A stretch of 64,000 bases of DNA from Marinimicrobium sp. (GTDB lineage Bacteria; Pseudomonadota; Gammaproteobacteria; Pseudomonadales; Cellvibrionaceae): positions 118,316-182,315 of the forward strand of contig JBJHDF010000004.1 in NCBI GenBank assembly GCA_050486405.1. The letters are read 5' to 3'. A model generated the notes under the pieces. That model did no database searches, was not told where the DNA came from, and worked only from the letters and a program-made list of their open reading frames with translations. Made by a program: the position numbers and the translations under genes. Positions 1 through 9,326 of the stretch are shown here, piece by piece (within the stretch, counting starts at the first letter, position 1; every line of letters begins with the position of its first letter).

Positions 1-2
1 TC

Positions 3-638
3 ACCGAGACGAATATTGCCTACTGGGCGCATATCGGCGGTCTGTTGTCAGGCGCTGGCCTGATGTTGCTGGCACAAAACAGCCAGCGGGAGTTTTCCGG
101 CCAACTGGAACAGCGCGACCGGGTGGATCAGGTGGAACAGGCCCGCAAGCGCATCCAGACGGCGGTTGCCGCGCTGGATATTCCCAGAGCCAGAACCCTG
201 GCGCGCAATCTCTGTGAAACCCACCCTGCGGACCCTCGCCCCTGGCGCCTGCTGTTCGATCTGTATAAGGCACAGCCGATGCACAAGAGGTTTCATGAGG
301 TCACTTTTGCACTACTACGCCAGTTTACTGGAAATGACAGCCTCTTTGAGGAGTGGCGCATGCCGGTGGAGGCAGTGCTGAACGAATACCGGCAGCTGCA
401 TCCTGGAATGCCAGCACTCAATGGTCCACTGAGTCTGGCGCTGGCACGCAAATACTGGCAGCACGGCGATCCGGAACGGAGCGAAATTCACCTGCAGCGC
501 GCTTTGGACAAGGGTATCAACAATCCCGCAGCACAACAGTTGATTGAAAATATGGCGGAGCATTTTCGCAAACGGGGCGCCCAGCACAAGGCAACGCAGT
601 ACACCAACGCTCTCAGGCAGTTGCGTTCCCCTGGATAA
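3..638 (+). CDS. Rhomboid-family intramembrane serine protease, C-terminal part (5' end outside window) with soluble helical tail
   Basis: Frame 3 is open from the window edge and reads TETNIAYWAHIGGLLSG (rhomboid catalytic-His AHxGG motif in the last TM) followed by a 190-aa helical tail; stop at 636-638. Confidence 0.6.
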   Translation, partial: TETNIAYWAHIGGLLSGAGLMLLAQNSQREFSGQLEQRDRVDQVEQARKRIQTAVAALDIPRARTLARNLCETHPADPRPWRLLFDLYKAQPMHKRFHEVTFALLRQFTGNDSLFEEWRMPVEAVLNEYRQLHPGMPALNGPLSLALARKYWQHGDPERSEIHLQRALDKGINNPAAQQLIENMAEHFRKRGAQHKATQYTNALRQLRSPG

Positions 639-2034
639 CGGCCTTGAGACGCAGCCATTCCTCGCGCTCGGGGCAGTCCGGATACTGCTTCAGGACAAAC
701 TCCGCCAGCGCCAGCGCCTTGGTCTCGTCGTTGAGATTTTCATGGAAAATGGTGGCCACCATCAGGTAGGCGGCAGGCACCAGCGGATCCCGGGATCTGC
801 GTTTGTGCAGGTTGTGGAACATGCGCACCACGGACTTGTTGCGGCCCTGCAGGCGCAACAGACGGGCAATTTCCAGCGCCGCCCGGGTATCCTGAAGCTG
901 GAACCCCGGCACCCGGCCCTGCACATCCTGAAACACCTGCATCGCTTTGTTCCACTGGTTGTCCTGCTTCAGCAAGTCAATAAAATAAACCCCGTGGTTG
1001 ACCAGCGCCTGATCGTCGTCCATCAACATCAACAGCTTGTGGTAGTGCTGGTGCAGTTCGATATCATTGCGCGCCAGATCCAGGGAACGACGCAGCACTT
1101 CCCTCGCCTCCTTGTACTTGCCGTCAGTGATCAGCACCGTGGACTCGCCCAGCGCCCGTGCTTTCTCAAACTCGGCGCGATCCATTTCGTCGTCATCTTC
1201 GTGGATTTCCAGACCCAGTTCGTGCTGATATTGATACAGCACGTAGCCCAGCATTGTGAACAGGACCAATGTAAAGTAAACCGAACTGGCCACCAGCACC
1301 GGCGCTATCAGGCTGCGCGGAAAAACCGAAACCAGAATGTTTTCCAGAAACAGTTCCCCGGCGCTGATCGCCAGCGTACATAACCAAAGCAGCAGATACG
1401 GCCAACCAACCGCCTGCATCAGTGAAATCAACACCGCCGGATTGACCGCCCGCCGCGCTGACTTCTCCACCGCCAGGACCATGATACCGGCCGGTAACGC
1501 CAAGGCAAAAAACAACGCCGCCAACATTCCCAACCAGGGGGATACCCGCATCAGGGCATAGACAATCACACCCATCAACAGGAAAAACCCGATAAAGCGC
1601 CAGAACAGGCTGTGCTGATCCCGGCTCAACACCTCGCCCAAAAAGGGGGCCTCAGGTTCTCCCAGGCTGCGATGCTCAAGGATGGCAAAACCGTATTTGA
1701 TCACCACCGCATAACCGATCAGCCACATCAACAATCCCCAAAAATTCTGTGGCGCCAGGAGACTGCCCACCGCCATGGCGACAATCACAATCAGGCAGTT
1801 GGTGTGCAGGGAATACTGAAGAAAGTGCGGCAGCATCTGCCAGAAAGGTTTGGCGTCGGTAGCGCGACCGAGAAACTCCAGTTTACCGTTGCAGCGCAGG
1901 CAGGTGGGGCGCACGCTGCCCCAGTGCCGGCTGTGCCCGGCGGGAATGCATCGATCGCTGTACAGGGTATCGCACCCGGTGCAACTCCAGGTGGCCGGGG
2001 CCCCCGGGAAAAACTGACACTCTTGCCTGGCCAT
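613..2034 (-). CDS. Polytopic membrane protein with N-terminal zinc-ribbon (CxxC...CxxC) and C-terminal TPR-like domain
   Basis: ORF 613..2160. Start placed at ATG 2034 (MARQECQFF) because the longer version would run through the tRNA-Pro terminator. N-terminus has CTGC...CLRC cysteine pairs, then several hydrophobic helices and a helical-repeat tail. Confidence 0.6.
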   Translation of the reverse strand: MARQECQFFPGAPATWSCTGCDTLYSDRCIPAGHSRHWGSVRPTCLRCNGKLEFLGRATDAKPFWQMLPHFLQYSLHTNCLIVIVAMAVGSLLAPQNFWGLLMWLIGYAVVIKYGFAILEHRSLGEPEAPFLGEVLSRDQHSLFWRFIGFFLLMGVIVYALMRVSPWLGMLAALFFALALPAGIMVLAVEKSARRAVNPAVLISLMQAVGWPYLLLWLCTLAISAGELFLENILVSVFPRSLIAPVLVASSVYFTLVLFTMLGYVLYQYQHELGLEIHEDDDEMDRAEFEKARALGESTVLITDGKYKEAREVLRRSLDLARNDIELHQHYHKLLMLMDDDQALVNHGVYFIDLLKQDNQWNKAMQVFQDVQGRVPGFQLQDTRAALEIARLLRLQGRNKSVVRMFHNLHKRRSRDPLVPAAYLMVATIFHENLNDETKALALAEFVLKQYPDCPEREEWLRLKAVIQGNATA

Positions 2035-2134
2035 CTTTCGGCTCCTTCTTATGGGATCGCGCGCTATCGTCCGGTCCCGCCATTGTGCACCAAGGTCGGA
2101 AACTGCGCCACTACCGACGTTCAGGCCCCACAAA

Positions 2135-2170
2135 TGAAAAGCCCCTGATTTTGGCAACAAAATCAGGGGC
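2135..2170 (-). terminator. Rho-independent terminator downstream of tRNA-Pro
   Basis: Perfect 12-bp stem gcccctgatttt / aaaatcaggggc (2141-2152 / 2159-2170) with a 6-nt loop, followed on the minus strand by a T-run. Confidence 0.75.
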
Positions 2171-2186
2171 TTATACGTCAGGAAAT

Positions 2187-2263
2187 TGGTCGGAGCGAGA
2201 GGATTTGAACCTCCGACCCCCTCGTCCCGAACGAGGTGCGCTACCAGACTGCGCTACGCTCCG
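2187..2263 (-). tRNA. tRNA-Pro (anticodon CGG)
   Basis: 77-nt cloverleaf on the minus strand: CGGAGCG acceptor stem, anticodon loop TTCGGGA, T-arm GGAGGTTCAAATCCTCT, 3' CCA. Closely resembles E. coli proK from memory. Confidence 0.93.
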
Positions 2264-2298
2264 CTGTCGGCGCCGGGACCCCGGCGCGAGCAGGGCGG

Positions 2299-2326
2299 AT
2301 TATAACAGCTGCGCCGGTGGTGTAAA
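2299..2326 (-). promoter_or_regulatory. Near-consensus sigma70 promoter for tRNA-Pro
   Basis: On the minus strand TTTACA (2321-2326), 16-nt spacer, TATAAT (2299-2304), followed by a GC-rich discriminator. It lies about 30 nt upstream of the tRNA 5' end. Confidence 0.65.
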
Positions 2327-2353
2327 CGCCTGCGGTGTAAACAGAGACCACAT

Positions 2354-2380
2354 AAAAAAGCCGACACCAATGGTGTCGGC
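2354..2380 (-). terminator. Rho-independent terminator (minus strand)
   Basis: 9-bp stem gccgacacc / ggtgtcggc with a 3-nt loop, followed on the minus strand by TTTTTT. It lies about 210 nt downstream of the stop of CDS 2593..3018. Confidence 0.65.
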
Positions 2381-2592
2381 AAGATAATCACAGGAGTACA
2401 CAATCAGAGGAAATCTCCATAACCCGGCACGGGTCAGGACCCACACTGGCGCTTTTCAACAGGAGCGAGAGAATCACACCAGTACTTCAAGTATTGTCGC
2501 TAGCCGCCAATTTGCCAGTAAAAACAGCCACTTGTTTAAACTGTTTGGCAATAGCCAGCGTCCCGAACATAAACATCTGCTATTAGAAGCGC

Positions 2593-3018
2593 CTAGAATC
2601 TCACCAGACCGGCCTCCTCGGCCAGGGCCTGGCGCAGGGCGACCAGGAGCCGGGCCAGGTCGGACCCCTCGGGCGCATAGCGCTGTCCCTGGGCTGCGAA
2701 CTGGTCCGCCTCGCGCAGCCGGGAGAGCTGCCAGTAACTCTGGGCGATCAGCAGGTACAGTTCCCCGGCCCGGCGGTCTATGCCCAGCCCCCGCTCGGCG
2801 GTGGCGATGGCGCCTGCATAGTCTCCCTGCAAGTACTGGCCGTAGGCCTGTTCCGCTAGGCTCTGCACCACGCGGCTGGACGGCGACGGGTCGGGCGACG
2901 GGACAGGTGTTGCCACCGGCTCCGGCCCTCGCTCCTCCGGCGCACGCACCGGATCCGTGGTGGTACAACCCACCAGTATCAACAGCAGCAGTGCGCCACC
3001 CCAAACCTTTTGCTTCAT
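2593..3018 (-). CDS. Lipoprotein with TPR-like repeat
   Basis: 141-aa ORF. Signal peptide plus lipobox LLILVGC, Pro-rich linker, TPR-like helices (AEQAYGQYLQGDYAGAIATAERGL). Confidence 0.7.
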   Translation of the reverse strand: MKQKVWGGALLLLILVGCTTTDPVRAPEERGPEPVATPVPSPDPSPSSRVVQSLAEQAYGQYLQGDYAGAIATAERGLGIDRRAGELYLLIAQSYWQLSRLREADQFAAQGQRYAPEGSDLARLLVALRQALAEEAGLVRF

Positions 3019-3121
3019 CTTGCCTCCACAGAAAAAATCTTATTGTCGAAGCCATCTCATAAACGTAGCGAACGTGCGGCTGGCGGTGGCCGCCGGAGCG
3101 CAGTAGTTTACGAGATGGCCT

Positions 3122-5458
3122 CTAACGCCTCAGGCGGCGCCACCAGTTATCCCGCCGGTTTTCCGCGTCCAGTCGACAGGGCGCCGAGCCCACCGGCTGG
3201 CGCTCGTCGCGCAGGGGCAGCCAGACGGCGCCCTCGCAGTGCTCGGCACTGAGCAAGCCGGTGGCACTATCCAGCCAGTCGAAGCTGATACCCGGCGGCG
3301 GGTCTATGACCAGCCCCTGGGTGGGAATCCGCTGCATCAGATCGCCCCAGACCTGCAGGGCGCCGCTGGCGCCGGTGAGGGGGGTGACGCTGTTGTCATC
3401 CCGCCCCAGCCAGACCACCGCCAGATGCTCACCGCTGAAGCCGGCAAACCAGCTGTCGCGGCGGTCGTTGGTGGTGCCGGTCTTGCCCGCCAGGGGCAGT
3501 TCCGCCGGTAACTGGCTGTAGACGCTGCGGCCGGTGCCCTCGCGCAACACCATCTGCAGGGCGTAGTGCAACTGGTAGCTGGCCTCGGCGGAGAAGCGTC
3601 GCTCCAGTTGCAGCGGGTAGCGGCGCAGTGGTTCGCCCTCGGCGGTGAGCACCTCGCGGATGGCTCTCAGGGGGGTGTATACCCCCTCGGCGGCCAGGGT
3701 GTGGTAGATACCCGCCACTTCCAGCGGCGACATTTCCACCGAACCCAGCAGTATGGAAGGCACCGCCGGCACCCGGCCCTCGTAACCGGCCGCGCGCAGG
3801 GAGCGGTAAACCTGCTCCAGCCCCAGTTCCATTCCCAGGCGGGTACTGGCCTGATTGTAGGACTGCACCAGCCCCTGATACAGGGGAATATCGCCGTGGT
3901 CGCGCAGATTGGCATTGCGGGGCTGCCAGAGGCGGCCGTCGTCCGAGGTCACGGTTACCGGATCGTCACTGATGGTGCTGGCCAGATGGTAGTCGCCTTC
4001 CAGCGCCGTCAGGTAGATGAAGGGCTTCATCAGGGAACCGATGGGTCGCCGGGCGTGCAGCGCCCGGTTGAAACCGGCGTAGCGGGGGTTGGTGTCGCCC
4101 ACCATGGCCAGCACCTCGCCACTGCCCACGGCGGTGACCACCAGAGCGCCCTGCAGATTGTCCATTTGGTGCTGCCGGTTCAGACGCTCGAGCCGCTGGC
4201 TGAGGGACTCTTCCGCCTGGCGCTGCACCACCGGCGAGAGGCTGGTGAAGATGCGCAGCCCTTCGCTGCGCAGGTCCTGCTCACGGTAGTCCCGGCGCAG
4301 TTGAGCCTTTACCATATCCAGGTAGGCGGGATAGGCGGCCAGCGCCCGGCCACTGCCGGATACCACCCCCAGGGGAGCGGCCTGGGCGCGACGCATCTCC
4401 TCTTCGCTGATCAGCCCCTCCCGGGCCATGATCTCCAGTACCAGATTGCGCCGATCCGTGACCCGCTGCGGATGGCGCCAGGGGTTATAGAACGAAGCGC
4501 CCTTGACCACCGCCACCAGCAGGGCTATCTGCTCGGTGCCCAGCTCCGCCAGGGGCTGGCGAAAATAGTGCTGGGCGCCCAGGGCAAAACCGTGTACCGC
4601 CCGGGGGCCGCTCTGGCCCAGGAAGACCTCGTTGACGTAGGTCTCGAGTATTTCCGCCTTGTCATAGTGCCACTCCAGCAGCACCGCCATGATCGCCTCC
4701 TGGGCCTTGCGGCGGAAGCTGCGCTCATGGGTGAGGTAGAAGTTTTTCACCAGTTGCTGGGTAAGGGTGCTGCCGCCCTGGACCACGCCGCCGGAGCTGA
4801 AGTTGGCCCGGGCGGCCCGGGCTATGGCCCGCAGGGAGACGCCGTGGTGATCCAGAAAGTGGCGGTCTTCCACCGCCAACAGTGTCTCACCCAGTAGCGG
4901 CGGCAGATCGGCCAGGCGCACCAGTAATCGGTCTTCCATATGGGCCGGAAATATGCCGCCGATCTCCTGGGGTTCCAGACGCATCAGGGTGAGGCTGGTG
5001 CCGTTGGCACCGGACAGGGACGACACCCGCCGGCCCTCGAACGCCACCTCGAACGCTCTGGCGCCTTCGCGTCTGTCCCAGAAGTCAAAGCCCCGGCTGT
5101 GCACCCGGTAGCGAGCCTGCTCGCCCCCGGAGAGCCGCACCACCTGGCCAGGGGCGCCTATCTGGCTGACAAAGCGGTAGCCCAGCGCCTCCAGTTCGGA
5201 CTCGAACAGGGCCGGCGTCAGGGACAGGCCTTCGTAGAGCTCCAGCGGACGGGCGTAGACCCGGGCGGGCAGGGACCATTTCTTGCCGTCGAACTTCTCC
5301 CGTACCTGAAAATCCAGATATACCACCCAGAGCCCAAACGCCAGCAGCAGCGCACCACAGGCACCCAGCAGCCAGGGCCAGAAGCGGCGGGCGGCGGGGG
5401 CGGACTTCTTGCGGGGCCGGCTTTTTTTTCCGGTGCGGCTGGAACGGCGTTGGGTCAT
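3122..5458 (-). CDS. mrcB: Penicillin-binding protein 1B (bifunctional transglycosylase/transpeptidase)
   Basis: 778 aa from ATG 5458 (MTQRRSSRTGKK). Basic N-terminus plus TM, GT51 motifs (EDRHF, GGSTLTQQL) and transpeptidase motifs (SLMKP, KTGTT). Confidence 0.9.
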   Translation of the reverse strand: MTQRRSSRTGKKSRPRKKSAPAARRFWPWLLGACGALLLAFGLWVVYLDFQVREKFDGKKWSLPARVYARPLELYEGLSLTPALFESELEALGYRFVSQIGAPGQVVRLSGGEQARYRVHSRGFDFWDRREGARAFEVAFEGRRVSSLSGANGTSLTLMRLEPQEIGGIFPAHMEDRLLVRLADLPPLLGETLLAVEDRHFLDHHGVSLRAIARAARANFSSGGVVQGGSTLTQQLVKNFYLTHERSFRRKAQEAIMAVLLEWHYDKAEILETYVNEVFLGQSGPRAVHGFALGAQHYFRQPLAELGTEQIALLVAVVKGASFYNPWRHPQRVTDRRNLVLEIMAREGLISEEEMRRAQAAPLGVVSGSGRALAAYPAYLDMVKAQLRRDYREQDLRSEGLRIFTSLSPVVQRQAEESLSQRLERLNRQHQMDNLQGALVVTAVGSGEVLAMVGDTNPRYAGFNRALHARRPIGSLMKPFIYLTALEGDYHLASTISDDPVTVTSDDGRLWQPRNANLRDHGDIPLYQGLVQSYNQASTRLGMELGLEQVYRSLRAAGYEGRVPAVPSILLGSVEMSPLEVAGIYHTLAAEGVYTPLRAIREVLTAEGEPLRRYPLQLERRFSAEASYQLHYALQMVLREGTGRSVYSQLPAELPLAGKTGTTNDRRDSWFAGFSGEHLAVVWLGRDDNSVTPLTGASGALQVWGDLMQRIPTQGLVIDPPPGISFDWLDSATGLLSAEHCEGAVWLPLRDERQPVGSAPCRLDAENRRDNWWRRLRR

Positions 5459-5604
5459 AAAAATTGGGTCATGAAATCTGCGATGGCTGTGGGTGCTTTG
5501 ACGCGGCGCGCTTATTTTGCATAATGTGCGGCCCATTACAATGCGGCAGTTCCGGATTCACGCAATCCGGCCCGCTTTTCTCAATACCACTGGCGAGGCG
5601 CACA

Positions 5605-6609
5605 ATGCACGGACATTATCATCTCTACGGCGTGGGCGCCGCTCTGGTGGATACCGAAATCACCGTCAGCGACGACGACCTGCAGACGCTGGAAGTCACC
5701 AAGGGCATGATGACCCTGGTGGACGAGGAGCGCCAGCAGCAACTGGTCGCGCATCTGAGTGACCATCTGGTGGCCTCCCAGCGGGCCAGCGGCGGCTCCG
5801 CCGCCAATACCGTGATTGCCGCCAGCTATTTCGGCTGTCGCAGCTTTTACTCCTGCAAGGTGGCCGACGATGAGAACGGCCGCTTCTATCTGGCCGACAT
5901 TGACGCTGCCGGGGTGGACTATCCGCGCTACCTGACGCCGCCCGAGGGCATCACCGGCCGCTGCCTGGTGATGATCACCCCCGACGCCGAGCGCACCATG
6001 ACCACCTTTCTCGGCATCAGTGAAACCGTGTCCAGCAGCGAGTTGCATCCGCCTGCCATCGCCATGTCGGACTATGTCTACGCCGAGGGGTATCTGGCCA
6101 GCTCCAGCACCGGTCGCACCGCCGCCATGACCATGTTCCAGCAGGCGCGGGTGGGCAATACCCGCACGGCCCTGAGCCTGTCGGACCCGGCCATGGTGAC
6201 CTATTTCCGCGAAACCCTGCTGGAGATGATAGGGCCGGGCGTGGACCTGCTGTTCTGCAACCGGGAGGAGGCGCTGGCCTTTACCGGCAACTCCGATCTG
6301 GAAAGAGCCGCCGAGGGTCTGCGCACCTACGCCCGCACCTTCGCCATCACCTGTGGCGCCGATGGGGCGCTGGTCTGGGACGGCGACAACTATCACCGCA
6401 TCGCCGCCCACCCGGTGAGGGCCATAGACACCAACGGCGCCGGGGATATGTTTGCCGGCGCCTTTCTCTATGCCATCACCCACGACTGCGATTACCGTCA
6501 GGCCGGCGCCTTCGCCAGTCTGGCGGCGGCCCAGGTGGTTTCCCAGTACGGCCCCCGCCTGCGCCCGGAGCAGCATCAGGCACTCAAACAGCAGTTTTTT
6601 GAGCGCTAA
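5605..6609 (+). CDS. PfkB-family kinase (adenosine kinase-like)
   Basis: 334 aa from ATG 5605 (MHGHYHLYGVG). Has GGSAANT and the C-terminal DTNGAGDMFAGAF PfkB signature. Confidence 0.8.
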   Translation: MHGHYHLYGVGAALVDTEITVSDDDLQTLEVTKGMMTLVDEERQQQLVAHLSDHLVASQRASGGSAANTVIAASYFGCRSFYSCKVADDENGRFYLADIDAAGVDYPRYLTPPEGITGRCLVMITPDAERTMTTFLGISETVSSSELHPPAIAMSDYVYAEGYLASSSTGRTAAMTMFQQARVGNTRTALSLSDPAMVTYFRETLLEMIGPGVDLLFCNREEALAFTGNSDLERAAEGLRTYARTFAITCGADGALVWDGDNYHRIAAHPVRAIDTNGAGDMFAGAFLYAITHDCDYRQAGAFASLAAAQVVSQYGPRLRPEQHQALKQQFFER

Positions 6610-6619
6610 GCTGAGGCTT

Positions 6620-7366
6620 CTAACCCCCGGCGCACACCGGGCAGTGAGGATCGCGCGGCAGCTGTAACTCCCGCCACTGGCTGTGACGCGCGTCGAACAG
6701 CATCAACTTGCCCGTCAGTCCGGTGCCGAAACCCACCAGCAGCCGGATGGCCTCCAGCGCCTGCATGGAGCCGATGACTCCCACCAGGGGCGCCAGCACA
6801 CCGTTGGCGGCGCAACTGAGGTCTTCCGCGCTCTGGTCGTCATACAGGCAGCGATAGCAGGGGCTGCTGTCACTGCGGCTGTCAAACACCGCCACCTGGC
6901 CTTCCATGCGGATGGCGGCGCCGGAGACCAGTGGCACGCGCCGGGCGACGCAGGCGGCGTTGATGGCAAAGCGGGCGGCAAAATTGTCGGTGCAATCCAC
7001 CACCAGATCGACGTTTTTCAACTGCAACAGCAGGGTTTTCTCGTCCAGCCGCTGATCGAAACAGGTGAGCTGGATATCGGGATTGAGCTGGCGCAGCGTC
7101 GCTGCCGCCGATTCAACCTTGCGCTGCTCCAGTCGCTCGGTAGTGTGAATGATCTGGCGCTGCAGGTTGGACAGATCGACGCAGTCGCAGTCGGCCAGCA
7201 ACAGGTGCCCCACCCCGGCGGCGGCCAGATACATGGCCACGGGCGCACCCAGCCCGCCCAGACCCACCACCAGCACCCGGGCGGCCAGCAGTTTTTCCTG
7301 CCCTTCGATGTCCACATCCGGCAACATGATCTGCCGGCTGTAACGCAACAATTGTTGGTCGTTCAT
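6620..7366 (-). CDS. moeB: Molybdopterin-synthase adenylyltransferase MoeB (ThiF/MoeB/HesA family)
   Basis: 248 aa. RYSRQI, GLGGLG nucleotide loop, CYRC...CPVC zinc pairs; position after prmC as in pseudomonads. Confidence 0.85.
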   Translation of the reverse strand: MNDQQLLRYSRQIMLPDVDIEGQEKLLAARVLVVGLGGLGAPVAMYLAAAGVGHLLLADCDCVDLSNLQRQIIHTTERLEQRKVESAAATLRQLNPDIQLTCFDQRLDEKTLLLQLKNVDLVVDCTDNFAARFAINAACVARRVPLVSGAAIRMEGQVAVFDSRSDSSPCYRCLYDDQSAEDLSCAANGVLAPLVGVIGSMQALEAIRLLVGFGTGLTGKLMLFDARHSQWRELQLPRDPHCPVCAGG

Positions 7367-7374
7367 ACCGATAC

Positions 7375-8244
7375 CTAAGAAGCCATCTCACAAACGTAGC
7401 GAGCGCGGGTCACCCGCTCCAGGCCGGCCAGATCCCGCAGGGTCGCCACCCCGACAAAACCCGCCGCTGCACACAGATCCCGCACTGCCGGCCCCTGGTC
7501 GCAGCCGTGTTCCAGCAACAGCCAACCCTGATCGTGCAGATGAGCGGGCGCCTGGGCAATAATGGTTTTCAGATCCGCCAGCCCGCCGTCATCCGCCACC
7601 AGCGCCGAGCGTGGCTCAAAGCGCAGATCGCCCTGCTGCAGATACGCGTCCGCCGGATCTATGTAGGGCGGATTGCTGACAATAATGTCAAAGCGGCGCC
7701 CCGCCACGGCGGAAAACCAGTGACTGGATGTTACCACGACCTGATCCAGGCTCAGGCGCCGGGCGTTGCGCTGGGCCAATGCCACTGCCTCGGGCCGGTT
7801 GTCCAGGGCCAGCACCTGCCAACGGGGTTTTTCGCTGGCCAGAGCCAGGGCTATGGCGCCGGTGCCTGTGCCAAGATCCAGCAGATGCCGCACCTGATCC
7901 GGGGCATCCCCGGCGGCGATTTCCAGCACCGCTTCCACCAGCCGTTCGGTATCCGGCCGGGGAATCAGGGTGCTGGCATCCACCGCCAGCGGCAGCGACC
8001 AGAACTCGCGCACCCCGGTGATATGCGCCACCGGTTCGCCGGCCTCGCGCCGGGCCATGGCCGCGGCAAAATCCTGTTGTTGCCGGTCACTGAGCATCTG
8101 TTCCGGCCAGGCGTACAAATGAGTGCGCGAGCACGCCAGCACATGGGTGAGCAACACTTCCACATCCAACCGCGGTGTATCACTGACACCCTGCAGGCGC
8201 TGTGCCTGTCGCAGACAATCGGCGATGCGCGGGAAAGCCGTCAT
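7375..8244 (-). CDS. prmC: Release-factor glutamine N5-methyltransferase PrmC/HemK
   Basis: 289 aa. SAM motif LDLGTGTGAI and NPPY catalytic motif. Its ATG shares one nt with the prfA stop. Confidence 0.9.
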   Translation of the reverse strand: MTAFPRIADCLRQAQRLQGVSDTPRLDVEVLLTHVLACSRTHLYAWPEQMLSDRQQQDFAAAMARREAGEPVAHITGVREFWSLPLAVDASTLIPRPDTERLVEAVLEIAAGDAPDQVRHLLDLGTGTGAIALALASEKPRWQVLALDNRPEAVALAQRNARRLSLDQVVVTSSHWFSAVAGRRFDIIVSNPPYIDPADAYLQQGDLRFEPRSALVADDGGLADLKTIIAQAPAHLHDQGWLLLEHGCDQGPAVRDLCAAAGFVGVATLRDLAGLERVTRARYVCEMAS

Positions 8245-9326
8245 TACCGGGCCAGTGCGGCCAACTGGTCCGCCTGGTATTCCTGCATCAGGGCATCGCA
8301 GACATCGTCCAGATACCCTTCCATCACTTCACCCAGTTTATACAGCGTAAGATTGATGCGGTGATCGGTGAGGCGCCCCTGGGGAAAGTTGTAGGTGCGA
8401 ATCCGTTCGGAGCGATCGCCGCTGCCCACCAGTTGCCGCCGCTCGTCGCTGATGGACTGCGCCGCCGTTTCCTCGCGAATGTTCTTCAGCTTTGCCGCCA
8501 GCAGTGACAGGGCGCGGGCGCGGTTCTTGTGCTGGGAGCGCTCGTCCTGACACTCCACCACAATACCCGTGGGTAAGTGGGTGATGCGAATGGCGGAGTC
8601 GGTTTTGTTGACGTGCTGACCGCCGGCGCCGGAGGCACGGAAGGTGTCGATGCGCAGATCCGCCTTGTTGATCTGCACCTCTTCCATTTCGTCCGCTTCA
8701 GCCATCACCGCCACGGTGCAGGCGGAGGTGTGAATGCGCCCCTGGGATTCGGTTTCCGGCACCCGCTGCACCCGGTGCGCGCCGGATTCGAATTTCAGCC
8801 TGGCGTAGACGCCCTGGCCGCTGACCCGGGTGATGATTTCCTTGTAGCCGCCGTGCTCGCCCTCGCTTGCACTGAGCACTTCCACCTGCCAACCCTGGCG
8901 CTCGGCAAACCTGCTGTACATGCGAAACAGGTCGCCGGCAAAAATGGCCGCCTCGTCGCCGCCGGTGCCGGCGCGAATTTCCAGAAACACGTTCTTGTCG
9001 TCATCCGGATCTCTGGGCAGCAACAGTTTCTGCAGTTCCTGTTCCAGCGCGGGCAACTGCGCCTCGCAGGTTTCGATTTCTTCCCGCGCCATATCACGCA
9101 GGTCCGCATCGCTTTCCTGCAACATGGCGCGCGCATCGGTCAGCGTGTCCTGCAGGCGGGCATAGCGCTGGTGACACTGAATCACCGGCTCCAGTTCGGC
9201 GTACTCCCGGGACAGATCGCGGAAGCGATTCTGGTTGCTGATCACTTCCGCTTCCGACAACAGGGCGCTGACTTCCTGGTAGCGCTCATTCAGACGTTCG
9301 AGTTTTTCCAGAATCGATGCTTTCAT
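8244..9326 (-). CDS. prfA: Peptide chain release factor 1
   Basis: 360 aa. PET-type tripeptide region ([10 protein letters not shown]) and GGQ motif ([10 protein letters not shown]). Confidence 0.95.
   Translation of the reverse strand: MKASILEKLERLNERYQEVSALLSEAEVISNQNRFRDLSREYAELEPVIQCHQRYARLQDTLTDARAMLQESDADLRDMAREEIETCEAQLPALEQELQKLLLPRDPDDDKNVFLEIRAGTGGDEAAIFAGDLFRMYSRFAERQGWQVEVLSASEGEHGGYKEIITRVSGQGVYARLKFESGAHRVQRVPETESQGRIHTSACTVAVMAEADEMEEVQINKADLRIDTFRASGAGGQHVNKTDSAIRITHLPTGIVVECQDERSQHKNRARALSLLAAKLKNIREETAAQSISDERRQLVGSGDRSERIRTYNFPQGRLTDHRINLTLYKLGEVMEGYLDDVCDALMQEYQADQLAALAR

Noticed and set aside
3566-4897. Long antisense or alternative-frame ORFs opposite well-supported genes. 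This one is 443 aa opposite mrcB. Others are 5581..6576, 15130..16164, 17182..18201, 30966..32687, 42289..43788, 42569..43879, 49814..50878, 52991..54412, 58547..59758 and 62401..63321.
   Set aside because: Their translations are Arg/Gly/Pro/His/Ala-rich with no motifs. This is typical of stop-codon-poor frames in about 60% GC DNA. Each lies fully inside a gene with clear family motifs on the other strand or frame.
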